Below are positions 27,692 through 38,099 of a DNA stretch of 64,000 bases, piece by piece; positions within the stretch are counted from its first letter, which is position 1; each line of letters opens with the position of its first letter. Below the pieces are notes generated by a model. It worked only from the letters and a program-made list of their open reading frames with translations, did no database searches and was not told where the DNA came from. The DNA is from a bacterium (GTDB taxonomy: Bacteria; Omnitrophota; Gorgyraeia; Duberdicusellales; 4484-171), in the NCBI GenBank assembly GCA_021796115.1, contig JAJYOP010000003.1, forward strand, positions 7,155-71,154. Direction: 5' to 3'. Made by a program: the position numbers and the translations under genes.

Positions 27692-28429
27692 ATGTTTAGA
27701 CTGGCGATTTCAGGCTTTTGCGGAAAAATGGGGCAAAGAATTTTTGTGCTTTCGAAAGACGACAGAAATCTGAAAGTAATTGCCGGATTGGAAAGCAAAA
27801 ACCATCCGGATGTTGGGAAGATGATTGATGGCGTTAAGGTTACAGATAATGCAGAAATCTTGAAGGAATGTAATTGCCTAATTGATTTTTCTCTTCCTTC
27901 CGCCGTAATTAATTACCTGGAATATCTGATTAAGTTTAGAAAAGCAGCGGTTATCGGCACAACCGGCTTTAGCGAAGAAGAACAGGCGAAAATTAAATAC
28001 GCTTCCAGGAAAATACCTATAGTTTTTTCTCCGAATATGAGTATTGGCGTTAATCTATTATTTAGATTGACGCAAATGGCAGCAAAAATTTTACCGGGTT
28101 ATAAAATATATGTAGAAGAGGCGCATCATATTCATAAAAAAGATTCACCTTCGGGAACTGCAAAAAAAATTGTGCAAATTCTGAATGAAGAAGGTTTTGC
28201 CTTAAAACCAGAAGCGGTAAAAGCAATCAGGGAAGGGGAAATTGTCGGCGACCACAAAATAGTTTTTGAAAGCGAGGTTGATAAAATAGAACTGTTCCAT
28301 TCCGCCAAAACGCGCGATATTTTTGCAAGAGGAGCGCTGGTTGCCGCAAAATGGATTAAAGGAAAAAAGTCCGGTTTGTACACGATGGATGACGTTTTGT
28401 TTGGTAAAGATAAGAAAGGAAAAAAATAA
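27692..28429 (+). CDS. dapB: 4-hydroxy-tetrahydrodipicolinate reductase
   Basis: 245 aa. GFCGKMG and EEAHHIHKKDSPSGTA. Confidence 0.9.
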   Translation: MFRLAISGFCGKMGQRIFVLSKDDRNLKVIAGLESKNHPDVGKMIDGVKVTDNAEILKECNCLIDFSLPSAVINYLEYLIKFRKAAVIGTTGFSEEEQAKIKYASRKIPIVFSPNMSIGVNLLFRLTQMAAKILPGYKIYVEEAHHIHKKDSPSGTAKKIVQILNEEGFALKPEAVKAIREGEIVGDHKIVFESEVDKIELFHSAKTRDIFARGALVAAKWIKGKKSGLYTMDDVLFGKDKKGKK

Positions 28430-28430
28430 T

Positions 28431-29585
28431 ATGAGAAATTTTGAATTTTCAAAAAGTCTAAATTCCTTACCACCATATTTGTTTGCCGAAATTGATCGGC
28501 AAAAAAAAGAATTACGCGATAAAGGGGTTAAGTTTATCGATTTCAGTATCGGCGATCCTGATGTGTCAGCACCACAAGGAGTTGTGAATACGCTTTTTGA
28601 GGCAGCTAAACTAAAAGAGAACCAGAAATATGCTTTAGATCAGGGCAAGCTTAATTTTCGTTCGGCCATAAAAGATTGGACCAAAAAAAGATTTGGCGTC
28701 TCGGTTGATGCCGATAAAGAAATTCTTCCTTTGATAGGCTCAAAAGAGGGTTTGGTTCATTTTCCCTTAGCATTTGTTAACAAGGGCGATTATGTTTTAA
28801 TTCCAAGCCCGGGGTATCCCGGCTATAGAGGAGCGGCGATATTTTCCGGTGCCAAAGTTTATGAAATGCCGCTTTTAGAAAAGAATAATTTTCTTCCGGA
28901 TTTAGAAAGAATACCTGTTAGTATGCGCAATAAAGCAAAAATTATTTACGTTAATTATCCGAACAATCCGACAAGCGTGCTTGCGCCGATGGATTTTCTG
29001 AAAAAACTTGTCGAATTTTGTTCTCAATACGGAATTATATTAGCCTACGATAACGCATATTCGGAAATTTATTTTGAAGAAAAGCCGCACAGTATTTTTG
29101 AAGTTGAAGGCGCCCGGGAAATTGCCATTGAGTTCCATTCGCTTTCAAAAACCTTTTGCATGACCGGTTTTCGCGTTGGCTGGGCAGCGGGCAATGAAAA
29201 TCTTGTTAAAGGCTTACTAAAGGTAAAAACAAATTTTGATTCCGGAATTTTTGGCGCAATTCAAGATGCTGGAGCAGCTGCGCTTTTAAAAGAAGACGCT
29301 TATGCGGATAATGTTCGTAGAATCTTTAAAGAAAGAAGGGATTTTTTTGTTCAAAATATAAAGCGAAAACTTTTCAGCCAGGTTTATGCTGACGCAACTT
29401 TCTATGTCTGGGCAAAGCTTCCCAGAAAATCTAAATCTTCAATCGATTTTTGCAAGCATCTTTTAGAAGACAAAAGGATAGTTGTAACGCCGGGACTGGG
29501 TTTTGGCAAATATGGCGAAGGTTTTATCCGTTTTGCACTTACCGCAGAAAAAGATATTATCAAAGAAGCAATTTCTTCTTTATAA
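28431..29585 (+). CDS. dapL: LL-diaminopimelate aminotransferase (DapL-type class I aminotransferase)
   Basis: 384 aa from ATG 28431 (MRNFEF). LPPYLFAEIDR, IGDPD, SLSKTFCMTGFRVGW. Sits in the dap cluster, and no dapD/dapE is visible in this window. Confidence 0.8.
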   Translation: MRNFEFSKSLNSLPPYLFAEIDRQKKELRDKGVKFIDFSIGDPDVSAPQGVVNTLFEAAKLKENQKYALDQGKLNFRSAIKDWTKKRFGVSVDADKEILPLIGSKEGLVHFPLAFVNKGDYVLIPSPGYPGYRGAAIFSGAKVYEMPLLEKNNFLPDLERIPVSMRNKAKIIYVNYPNNPTSVLAPMDFLKKLVEFCSQYGIILAYDNAYSEIYFEEKPHSIFEVEGAREIAIEFHSLSKTFCMTGFRVGWAAGNENLVKGLLKVKTNFDSGIFGAIQDAGAAALLKEDAYADNVRRIFKERRDFFVQNIKRKLFSQVYADATFYVWAKLPRKSKSSIDFCKHLLEDKRIVVTPGLGFGKYGEGFIRFALTAEKDIIKEAISSL

Positions 29586-29602
29586 TTCCAAGGTTTTTAG
29601 CA

Positions 29603-30019
29603 ATGTATGCATATATCGGTATAGGCTCTAACCTCGGTAATCGATTAGAAAATATAAATAAAGCTATCGAATTATTGCGCAAAAACCACGGCATAAAAAT
29701 CAAAAAAGTATCCTCGATTATCGAAACCAAACCGGTTGGTGGGCCTACCCAGGAAAATTTTCTCAACGGAGTCATTAAAATAAAAACAGATTTAGAACCG
29801 ATGTCTTTGTTACTTATCTTACAGAATATCGAAAAAAAACTTGGTCGTGTGCGAATGATAAAAAATGGGCCGCGCAGTATAGACCTTGATATTCTTTTGT
29901 ATGACAACCAGAAGATAAATGCGCCAGGTTTGAAAATTCCGCACCCAAGAATGCTAGAACGAGAATTTGTTATGAAACCACTTTTGGAAATCGAGTCGGA
30001 TATTTTGAGTAAAATATGA
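29603..30019 (+). CDS. folK: 2-amino-4-hydroxy-6-hydroxymethyldihydropteridine diphosphokinase
   Basis: 138 aa from ATG 29603 (MYAYIGIGSNLG). PRSIDLDILLY, IPHPRMLEREF. Confidence 0.88.
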   Translation: MYAYIGIGSNLGNRLENINKAIELLRKNHGIKIKKVSSIIETKPVGGPTQENFLNGVIKIKTDLEPMSLLLILQNIEKKLGRVRMIKNGPRSIDLDILLYDNQKINAPGLKIPHPRMLEREFVMKPLLEIESDILSKI

Positions 30020-30861
30020 TAGTAACAAAAACGATTAGCGAAACTAGAAGAATAATTAATGAAGCAAAGAAAAAAGGTAAAAAAATCGGTCTTGTACCAA
30101 CAATGGGCGCTTTGCACGATGGGCATCTTTCATTAGTGCGCCAGGCAAAAAAAGACTGTGATTTCGTCGTAGTGAGCATTTTTGTCAATCCTACGCAATT
30201 TGGTCCCGATGAAGATTATAAAAAGTACCCAAGGACTTTAACGGATGACAAATTACTCCTAGGAAGGGGGAAGGTTGATTTATTATTTTTACCAACGGCA
30301 GAAGAAATGTATCCCCAGAGATTTTCTACTTATGTAACAGAAGGCAATTTAAGCCAATTTCTTTGCGGTAAATCTCGTCCCGGCCATTTCCGTGGCGTTT
30401 GTACGGTTGTTACGAAATTATTTAATATTATCACCCCGGGCATTGCATATTTTGGCCAAAAAGATTATCAACAGGTAGAAATTGTTAAAAAGATGGTGAA
30501 AGATTTGAATTTTTCCTTAAAAATAAAGACTGTACCGATTGCAAGAGAAGAGAATGGCTTGGCAATGAGCTCACGCAATAAATATTTGAATAGTTCGGAA
30601 AGAAAAAAAGCGCTTGCGATATCACAGTCACTTTCCTTAGCAAAGCAGCTTATTCGAAAGGGAGAAAGAAATTGTAAAATTATAAAAAATAAAATTAAAA
30701 ATCATATTCGTTCTAAAAAAAGCGTTAAGATAGATTACGTCGAAGTTGTTGATGCAAAGACTCTCGAACCAAAAACTAAATTAAGCGACAGGTTTGTGAT
30801 TGCAATTGCGGTCTATCTAGGGAAAACGCGCTTAATCGATAATATTATTCTAGAGGCATAA
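30016..30861 (+). CDS. panC: pantoate--beta-alanine ligase
   Basis: 281 aa. VPTMGALHDGHLSL, FVNPTQFGP and FGQKDYQQ. Confidence 0.93.
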   Translation: MIVTKTISETRRIINEAKKKGKKIGLVPTMGALHDGHLSLVRQAKKDCDFVVVSIFVNPTQFGPDEDYKKYPRTLTDDKLLLGRGKVDLLFLPTAEEMYPQRFSTYVTEGNLSQFLCGKSRPGHFRGVCTVVTKLFNIITPGIAYFGQKDYQQVEIVKKMVKDLNFSLKIKTVPIAREENGLAMSSRNKYLNSSERKKALAISQSLSLAKQLIRKGERNCKIIKNKIKNHIRSKKSVKIDYVEVVDAKTLEPKTKLSDRFVIAIAVYLGKTRLIDNIILEA

Positions 30862-30871
30862 AAGGAGCCAT

Positions 30872-31717
30872 ATGAAAGCAAAAACAAAAATTGGTATTGT
30901 CGGATGCGGCGCAATCGGCAGAGAAGTGGCGCTATTTATTGATAAACAATTAAGTGGAAATGTTATTCTCTGGGGATTAAGCGATAAAGATGTGGAAAAA
31001 GCCGAACTGCTTTCCGAAACGCTTTCTTGTTCCCCAAAGATAATTCCGGTTGATTCTCTTATAAAAAGTGTGGATTTAGTCATTGAAACTGCGTCGGTAG
31101 AGGCGGCGAAGCATGTGATAGAGAAAGCGTTATCCTATAATACTGATGTAGTAGTTTTAAGCGTTGGTGCCTTGGTTGAGGATGCTTCACTCTTAGAGAA
31201 AGCTAAAGAAAAAGGCATCAATATTTATGTTCCATCAGGAGCGATTTGTGGTGTTGATGGTGTGGGCGCCCTTAGCCTAGGCGAAATCAGAAAAATTTCT
31301 CTTACCACCTCAAAGCCGCCCAAGGGGCTTGTTGGCGCGCATTACCTGGTTGAACATAAAATCAGTTTAGACAATCTTAAAGAAGAGAAAATCGTATTCA
31401 AGGGTTCAGTAAAAGAGGCAATCAAATATTTTCCACAAAATATCAACGTTGCCGCAATTTTATTTCTGGCTTCTTCTTTTTCCGGTAAAAAATTTGCCTC
31501 TAAAAACGGCAAGCCGGCTGTCGAGGTCTGTATTAAGGCCGACCCTCATGTGGAACGCAATATTCATCGTATAGATATAGACACGGAGGAATCAAAAGTT
31601 ACAATTACTATAGAAAACGTTCCTTCAAAAACAAACCCCAAAACTAGCGCCTTAGCGGTTTTATCCACGCAATATCTCTTAAAAAAGCTTTTTTCTTCTT
31701 TCAAAATCGGCAGTTAG
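30872..31717 (+). CDS. nadX: L-aspartate dehydrogenase
   Basis: 281 aa. IGIVGCGAIG, PSGAICG, KPPKGL, FPQNINVAA, ADPHVERNIH and NPKTSALA are collinear with the Thermotoga-type NadX as recalled. Confidence 0.8.
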   Translation: MKAKTKIGIVGCGAIGREVALFIDKQLSGNVILWGLSDKDVEKAELLSETLSCSPKIIPVDSLIKSVDLVIETASVEAAKHVIEKALSYNTDVVVLSVGALVEDASLLEKAKEKGINIYVPSGAICGVDGVGALSLGEIRKISLTTSKPPKGLVGAHYLVEHKISLDNLKEEKIVFKGSVKEAIKYFPQNINVAAILFLASSFSGKKFASKNGKPAVEVCIKADPHVERNIHRIDIDTEESKVTITIENVPSKTNPKTSALAVLSTQYLLKKLFSSFKIGS

Positions 31718-31797
31718 CTATATAATATACAAATTATTTATATTAGATACCTAATTACCTTGGGTATATTTTTCTTAATTTTGCGGGATTTCCAACT

Positions 31798-34593
31798 ATG
31801 AATGACTACATAATTATTAAAGGCGCCAGAGAGCATAATCTAAAGAATATAAATCTGAAAATTCCTAAGAATAAACTTATCTGTATAACCGGGCTTTCCG
31901 GTTCGGGGAAGTCGTCCCTTGCCTTTGATACGATTTATGCCGAGGGGCAGCGCCGTTATGTGGAAAGTTTATCCAGTTACGCCCGCCAATTTTTAGAACA
32001 GCTTCATAAGCCAGACGTCGAACACATTGAAGGCCTTTCTCCGGCCATTGCTATTGAGCAGAGGACTGCCGGCGGTTCGCCGCGTTCTATAGTTGCTACG
32101 CAAACTGAAAGTTACGATTACCTGCGCCTTCTTTTCGCCCGCATCGGCAAACCTTATTGCTACAAATGCGGCGTGCCAATCAGCCGCCAGACTTCCCAGG
32201 AAATTATCGAACAGGTTAGTACTTTTCCTCAAGGCGACAGGTTGTATATACTTTCACCGGTTGTGCGCGGGAAAAAGGGAGAATATGTTTCGCTTTTTGG
32301 CCGTCTGCTCAAAGAAGGATTTTCGCGCGTGCGTGTTGACGGAAGCGTTTATGAATTAACTGAAGAAATAAAATTAACCAAATATAAAACCCATAATATT
32401 GAAATCGTAGTAGACCGCATCCAAGCTTCAAATACTAATACAAAGCGTATAGCTGATTCAATAGAAACCGCTCTTAAGCATTCAAACGGCCTTGCAATAA
32501 TTTACGATGAAAGCCGAAAAAAAGAATTTTTGTATACTACCCAGCTAAGCTGCCATGATTGTGGGATTTCTCTGGGTGAGCTCGAGCCGAGAATGTTTAG
32601 CTTTAATACTCCTTACGGAGCCTGTCCATCCTGTAAAGGCCTTGGGACAAGGCCCGAATTCGACATTGATTTAATTGTGCCGGATAAAAGGCGCAGTCTT
32701 GAAGAAGGCGCGATAGAGGCTTGGCGCCGGGGCAGTCGCGGTTATGTTATGTTTCATAAAGCATTGCTTCGTGAGCTTGCCGGTGAGATGAATTTTTCTA
32801 TGGACACGCCTTTTAACGAATTACCGAAAAAAATAAAAGATACGATTATCTACGGCGATGAAGATGTTTATGTCTGGGGAAAACCTTATGAAGGTGTTAT
32901 TGGCAGGCTTACCCGGATGTTTAATAAGACCGATAGTGAATATTTAAAGGAAGAAATCGGAAAATATATGTCGAAACTTCCTTGTCCGGAGTGCTATGGC
33001 GCTAGATTAAAAAAAGAAAGCCTTGCCGTGCGCGTGGGGAACAAATCTATCTGGGATGTTGTGAGGATGAGCATCGGCGAATGCCATGATTTTTTCAACA
33101 ATTTGAAATTAACTTCTCATGAGGAGAAAATCGCCCATTATATCGTTAAAGAAATAAAAAAACGTTTTATGTTTTGTGTTGACGTAGGTCTGGATTACTT
33201 ATCTCTTGACCGTTTAAGCTCTACTTTATCCGGCGGCGAAGCGCAAAGGATAAGGCTTGCAACTCAAGTTGGTTCAGCGCTTTCCGGGGTTATTTATATA
33301 CTTGATGAGCCGACGATTGGTTTGCACTCACGCGACGACAAAAAATTGATCAATACGCTTAAAAATTTAAAAGTTTTAGGCAATACCGTTATTGTCGTCG
33401 AACACGATGAGCAGATGATAAGAGAAAGCGATTGGATAATCGATCTTGGCCCCGGTGCGGGCGTTGCCGGCGGCGAAATCGTCTATGAAGGTTTGCGGGA
33501 AGGCGCATATAAAGCCGATACTCTTACCGGAAAATATTTGCGTGGCGAAGCGAAAATAGAAGTTCCCAAAGAAACAAGAACTTACAACGACAGGCCAAGC
33601 ATCGTGATTCGAGGCGCAAAAGAACATAACCTTAAAAACATAGACGTAAAAATACCGCTCGAGGTCTTTATCGCGGTAACCGGAGTTTCCGGTTCCGGAA
33701 AATCCACACTGGTGGAAGATATTTTATACCGCGCTTTGGCCAAGAATATTTACGATTCTCATGAAAAACCCGGCAAACACCGCAAAGTCGAAGGTCTGGA
33801 AAACGTAGATAAGGTTATTATCGTAGATCAGTCACCGATAGGAAGAACTCCTCGCTCCAATCCCGCAACTTACACCGGCGTATTTACCTACATCCGAGAG
33901 ATTTTCAGCCAATTGCCGGAATCTAAACAAAGAGGATATAAACCGTCGCGTTTCAGTTTTAATGTTTCCGGCGGGCGCTGTGATGCCTGCCAGGGCGATG
34001 GCACAAAGAAAATAGAGATGCATTTTTTGCCGGACGTCTATGTCCCTTGCGAGGTCTGCGGCGGCAAGCGGTTTAATAAACAAACACTGGAAGTAACCTT
34101 TAAAGGTAAAAACATATTCGATGTCCTGCAAATGAATGTCGATGAAGCTTATGATTTGTTTGAAAATTTTCCACACGTCAGAAACATCTTTAAAACGCTT
34201 AAAGATGTCGGCCTCGGCTACATTGCAGTGGGTCAATCCGCTACCACACTTTCCGGAGGCGAGGCCCAAAGGATAAAGTTGGCTTCGGAATTGCGCAAAA
34301 AAGCAACCGGGAAAACTATTTATATACTTGATGAACCTACGACAGGCTTGCATTTCGACGATATAAAAAAGCTGCTCGCGGTTTTGCAGCGTTTAGTTGA
34401 TAAAAAAAATACCGTTTTAGTTATCGAACATAATTTAGATGTTATAAAATGCGCAGATTATATTATTGACTTAGGCCCGGAAGGAGGAGAAAATGGAGGA
34501 TATTTAGTTGTTTGCGGAACTCCGGCAGAAATTATGCGCAACGCCCGCTCATATACGGGAATGTTTTTAAAAAGTAAATTTAAGAATAAATAA
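31798..34593 (+). CDS. uvrA: excinuclease ABC subunit A
   Basis: 931 aa. Two ABC modules ([24 protein letters not shown], two LSGGE signatures) and zinc modules. Confidence 0.97.
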   Translation: MNDYIIIKGAREHNLKNINLKIPKNKLICITGLSGSGKSSLAFDTIYAEGQRRYVESLSSYARQFLEQLHKPDVEHIEGLSPAIAIEQRTAGGSPRSIVATQTESYDYLRLLFARIGKPYCYKCGVPISRQTSQEIIEQVSTFPQGDRLYILSPVVRGKKGEYVSLFGRLLKEGFSRVRVDGSVYELTEEIKLTKYKTHNIEIVVDRIQASNTNTKRIADSIETALKHSNGLAIIYDESRKKEFLYTTQLSCHDCGISLGELEPRMFSFNTPYGACPSCKGLGTRPEFDIDLIVPDKRRSLEEGAIEAWRRGSRGYVMFHKALLRELAGEMNFSMDTPFNELPKKIKDTIIYGDEDVYVWGKPYEGVIGRLTRMFNKTDSEYLKEEIGKYMSKLPCPECYGARLKKESLAVRVGNKSIWDVVRMSIGECHDFFNNLKLTSHEEKIAHYIVKEIKKRFMFCVDVGLDYLSLDRLSSTLSGGEAQRIRLATQVGSALSGVIYILDEPTIGLHSRDDKKLINTLKNLKVLGNTVIVVEHDEQMIRESDWIIDLGPGAGVAGGEIVYEGLREGAYKADTLTGKYLRGEAKIEVPKETRTYNDRPSIVIRGAKEHNLKNIDVKIPLEVFIAVTGVSGSGKSTLVEDILYRALAKNIYDSHEKPGKHRKVEGLENVDKVIIVDQSPIGRTPRSNPATYTGVFTYIREIFSQLPESKQRGYKPSRFSFNVSGGRCDACQGDGTKKIEMHFLPDVYVPCEVCGGKRFNKQTLEVTFKGKNIFDVLQMNVDEAYDLFENFPHVRNIFKTLKDVGLGYIAVGQSATTLSGGEAQRIKLASELRKKATGKTIYILDEPTTGLHFDDIKKLLAVLQRLVDKKNTVLVIEHNLDVIKCADYIIDLGPEGGENGGYLVVCGTPAEIMRNARSYTGMFLKSKFKNK

Positions 34594-34596
34594 CTT

Positions 34597-37056
34597 ATGA
34601 ATACAAAAAATCTAAAAATTGTCGGTTTACTGCTTATCTCGGCGCTCTTTATAAATAGCGCATTCAGCGTCGAAGGCGCCGAAGATGAAAGATTTTTTGT
34701 GGCCGGCAAAGCTTTCTCCGATGGGTTTTATGAAGCGAGTCTTTCGCTATTTAAAAAATTTATCGAAGATTTTCCTGACAGCCCCAATATTTATAAAGCA
34801 AAGTTATACCTGGCAAAATGCTACTATTTTAAGGGCGATTATTCGAATGCGATAAGTGTGCTTTCCGGACTTTCTTCGCAAAAAGAAATAAGCGATATTA
34901 AGGATGAGGTATATTATTGGCTTGCCGAGGTTAATTATAAAGGAAAAAGTTTCAAGGATTCTCTTTTTTATGCCAAAAAAATTATTGAAGATTATCCGTC
35001 TTCGAAATTTATATGGCAGGCATACTCGCTTTGCGGTTTGAACTATCTTGAGCTGGGCGATATAGATAATGCAGAAGAATATTTGGAAAAAATAATTGAA
35101 AAATGCAAGGATAAAGATTTGCAGGAAACCGCATATTCGAGCCTGCTAGATGCTTATTTTCAAAATAAGAACTATTCGCGTATTATTTCTGTCGCAGAGA
35201 AATACTTAAAAATATACCCAAAAGGCAGACTTGTCCCGAACGTATGTTTTTATTTAGGCGAGGCCTTTTATGATAAAAAGGATATTGAACAGGCTATCCG
35301 TAATTACAAACGCGCTCTTGAAACGAATACGGATGCCTATCTTAATGATTTAATTTATCAAGGGTTGGTATTCTCTTTTGTTGCCAAAGAAGATTATGCT
35401 GCGGCAAAGAACCAGATTTCCCAGATAAAAGACGAGCAACTGCACCTTTATTCGGAAGGGGTGTATTTTTATAAAACCGGCGAGTACACCAAAGCTTTAG
35501 AAATTTTCGATAAGCTTCTCAAGGATTTTCCGCAGAATAAAATTATTACCAGTGTTTACCTTACCAAAGCCGATACTTTATATGAAATGGGCAGGCTCAA
35601 TGATTCCTTATCAACCTACAGATATATTCTTGATAATTTTAAAGGGTCGCAATATGCCGATTTGTTTGACAAGGCTCATTATGGGTTGGCCTGGTGTTAT
35701 CTTAAAAAAGGGGAGTTCAGGAAGGCCATAGAAGAATTCAAAAATACGCTCAAATACACAAGCAATCCCGTAGTTATGGTTAGTTCCCAGATTCAGATTG
35801 CCGACGCCTACCAGGAAGCGGGAAACTACAACCAGGCGCTTGATATTTACACCGAAATATTACGAAACAATCCTAACACTGTTTATGCTGATTATATCCA
35901 GTTTCAAACGGGGATGATTTTTTTAAAGACGAAGCGCCTGGAAGAAGCTTTTCTGGCATTCAGGAATCTGCAGAAAAATTTTCCATCTTCAAAGCTCATA
36001 CCGCAAGGAGAGTATTATCTCGCTGTGGCTTATTTTTCTAGCGACATGTACCCGGAAGCAAAAAGTCTTATCGAGGATTTCATGAAAAAGTTCCCCCAAA
36101 ATGAGTTAATTGCACGGGCGTATTATCTTTACGGAAAATGCTTTTTTAACGAAAAAAATTATACGAAAGCGATTGACATATTTAAAAGTATGATTGGCAA
36201 GTTTTCCGATAAAGAAATTAACGAACTTGTCTATATCGACATAGGAAACGCCTACCTTAATCTTTCTGATTTTGAGCAGGCGAAAAAAACCTGGGAAGAA
36301 TTTCTCTCGAAATTCAGCTCATCTCAATATGCCGGCTCCGTAGCGCTTTATTTAGGCGGCCTCTGCGAACAGGAAAAAAAATATGACGAGGCCGAAAAAT
36401 ATTATAAAAGCGTGCTTGACAACTACAAAGATTCTTCTGTCGCGGAAGAAGCTACCCTTTCGTTGGGACATCTTTATTGGATAAAAGAGGATACCGAAAA
36501 AGCAGAAAGTTATTTCAAAAAATTATCCCTTAGCGACAGCCCACTTTCTTTAAAGAGCAAACTTTACCTGGCAAAGCTTTATGTCCAGAAAGGAAACGAT
36601 AAGGATGCCATCGCCTTATATGATGAATTGATAGATTCATCTTCCGATGTCAGCAAAGTCGCTATGTTTGATAAAGCATTTTTGTTAAAAGATATGAAAG
36701 ATTACAAGGAAGCAGGCGAGCTTTTTTCGAAATTGCTCAAAGACGGGATAGATTCTGCCAAATTGCGTTTTGCTTTCGGGATGTGCCTGGAAAAAATCGA
36801 TAATGACAAAGAAGCGATTGATGAATATTTTAAAAGCGCTTATCTTTTCTCGTCAAATAATGCCGCCGGCAATGACAAGGATGATAATAGCGATTACGCA
36901 TCAAAAGCGTATTTTAGGATCGCGAAGATTTACGAAAAAGAGAACAAGCCTTCTGCTGCGCTGGAAATTTATAAAAAAATCGCAGGAACAGATACCGAAG
37001 AAGGAAAAATTGCCAAAACAAGGGTGGAAGAGCTGGAAAATAGCCCCCAAAAATAA
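34597..37056 (+). CDS. large exported TPR-repeat protein
   Basis: 819 aa. Signal peptide, then many YbgF-like TPR units (repeated A..Y.L..CY motifs). Confidence 0.8.
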   Translation: MNTKNLKIVGLLLISALFINSAFSVEGAEDERFFVAGKAFSDGFYEASLSLFKKFIEDFPDSPNIYKAKLYLAKCYYFKGDYSNAISVLSGLSSQKEISDIKDEVYYWLAEVNYKGKSFKDSLFYAKKIIEDYPSSKFIWQAYSLCGLNYLELGDIDNAEEYLEKIIEKCKDKDLQETAYSSLLDAYFQNKNYSRIISVAEKYLKIYPKGRLVPNVCFYLGEAFYDKKDIEQAIRNYKRALETNTDAYLNDLIYQGLVFSFVAKEDYAAAKNQISQIKDEQLHLYSEGVYFYKTGEYTKALEIFDKLLKDFPQNKIITSVYLTKADTLYEMGRLNDSLSTYRYILDNFKGSQYADLFDKAHYGLAWCYLKKGEFRKAIEEFKNTLKYTSNPVVMVSSQIQIADAYQEAGNYNQALDIYTEILRNNPNTVYADYIQFQTGMIFLKTKRLEEAFLAFRNLQKNFPSSKLIPQGEYYLAVAYFSSDMYPEAKSLIEDFMKKFPQNELIARAYYLYGKCFFNEKNYTKAIDIFKSMIGKFSDKEINELVYIDIGNAYLNLSDFEQAKKTWEEFLSKFSSSQYAGSVALYLGGLCEQEKKYDEAEKYYKSVLDNYKDSSVAEEATLSLGHLYWIKEDTEKAESYFKKLSLSDSPLSLKSKLYLAKLYVQKGNDKDAIALYDELIDSSSDVSKVAMFDKAFLLKDMKDYKEAGELFSKLLKDGIDSAKLRFAFGMCLEKIDNDKEAIDEYFKSAYLFSSNNAAGNDKDDNSDYASKAYFRIAKIYEKENKPSAALEIYKKIAGTDTEEGKIAKTRVEELENSPQK

Positions 37057-37071
37057 ATAAAGGAGGAGGAG

Positions 37072-37707
37072 ATGTTATTTTGGCTGTCAAAGGGCGGTTT
37101 CATGATGGTGCCCATAGTTTTATGTTCGATTTTTTCATTAACCATTATAATTGAGCGTATTTTATTTTATTTTTCTCTCCTGCGTTTCAATCCGCAAAAT
37201 ATTACCTGGAAGATTATTGAATATGTACGCAAAAACAAAATTTCCGAAGCGGTTGACCTTTGCGAAAAAAATAAATTTTATATAACCAACATATTAAAGG
37301 CCGGTTTGGTCTATTACGAGAGTTCAAGGGAGATTGTTAAAGAAAATATCGACGCCGCGGCTTTATATGAGATACCGCAATTAGAAAAGAATTTAAATTT
37401 ATTAAATGCGATTGTCCAGATAACTCCGCTTTTTGGTTTTCTCGGAACTGCCTTGGGGCTGCTCAAAGGTTTTTACGCGATTTCCGAAAAAGCTCTTAGC
37501 GCAGGCGGCATAGCGCAGGCTGATTTTGCTTTAGCCCTGGGGCAGGCTCTCGTAGTTACCGTAAGCGCATTGTCGGTCGCGGTGATTGCTTCAATCGCCT
37601 ATGGTTATTTTACTCATAAGGTAAATTTCTATATCCTTGAAGCAGGACGGGCAGCAAATGAGCTCTTAGAGGCTTTGTCGCAGAGGAGATACGGCAGTGA
37701 GGTTTAA
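37072..37707 (+). CDS. MotA/TolQ/ExbB proton-channel family protein
   Basis: 211 aa. Three TM helices and ITPLFGFLGTALGL. GGAGGAGGAG SD. Confidence 0.85.
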   Translation: MLFWLSKGGFMMVPIVLCSIFSLTIIIERILFYFSLLRFNPQNITWKIIEYVRKNKISEAVDLCEKNKFYITNILKAGLVYYESSREIVKENIDAAALYEIPQLEKNLNLLNAIVQITPLFGFLGTALGLLKGFYAISEKALSAGGIAQADFALALGQALVVTVSALSVAVIASIAYGYFTHKVNFYILEAGRAANELLEALSQRRYGSEV

Positions 37708-38092
37708 AAAATTATTGCGCAAAGAGCCTGATTTAAGCCAGGCCATGACCATATCTTTTTTAAATATTATATTTTTATTTTTTGCATTCCTTATTTTTAC
37801 CGTGGGGTTAAATATAGCGGCCGGATTAAATATCAAATTTCCGCATGTATTAACTGGCAAAGAATTCAGTGCTTCTACATTAAATATAATTGTTTCCCAG
37901 AATAATACGATTTATGTCCAGGATAAGCAGGTCGACCTAAATATATTACGAAGTTTTCTGATGGGTTATAAATATAATTCCATCCTGATAAAAGCCGACA
38001 AGAGAACAAGCCTTGAAGCAATTACCGGTATCTGGAATGTTTGCAAAGAGGTAGGAATAGAGAAAATAAGCATCGTTACAACGTATAATTAA
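37697..38092 (+). CDS. ExbD/TolR biopolymer transport protein
   Basis: 131 aa. GTG start after a GAGGAG SD. One TM helix, then an ExbD-like periplasmic domain (ILIKADKRTSLEAI). Confidence 0.72.
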   Translation: MRFKKLLRKEPDLSQAMTISFLNIIFLFFAFLIFTVGLNIAAGLNIKFPHVLTGKEFSASTLNIIVSQNNTIYVQDKQVDLNILRSFLMGYKYNSILIKADKRTSLEAITGIWNVCKEVGIEKISIVTTYN

Positions 38093-38099
38093 TCAAAAT

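Noticed and set aside
28323-28430. N-terminal extensions of dapL (from 28323), folK (from 29450), eno (from 40745), dnaX (from 60408) and lysA (from 24119)
   Set aside because: The extensions overlap the preceding gene or repeat DNA. Internal ATGs with good SDs give N-termini that match the families ([49 protein letters not shown]).
36770-37060. 96-aa alternative-frame ORF at the end of the TPR gene
   Set aside because: It lies entirely inside the 819-aa TPR ORF in another frame, with a K/R-rich pseudo-sequence and no independent start signals.
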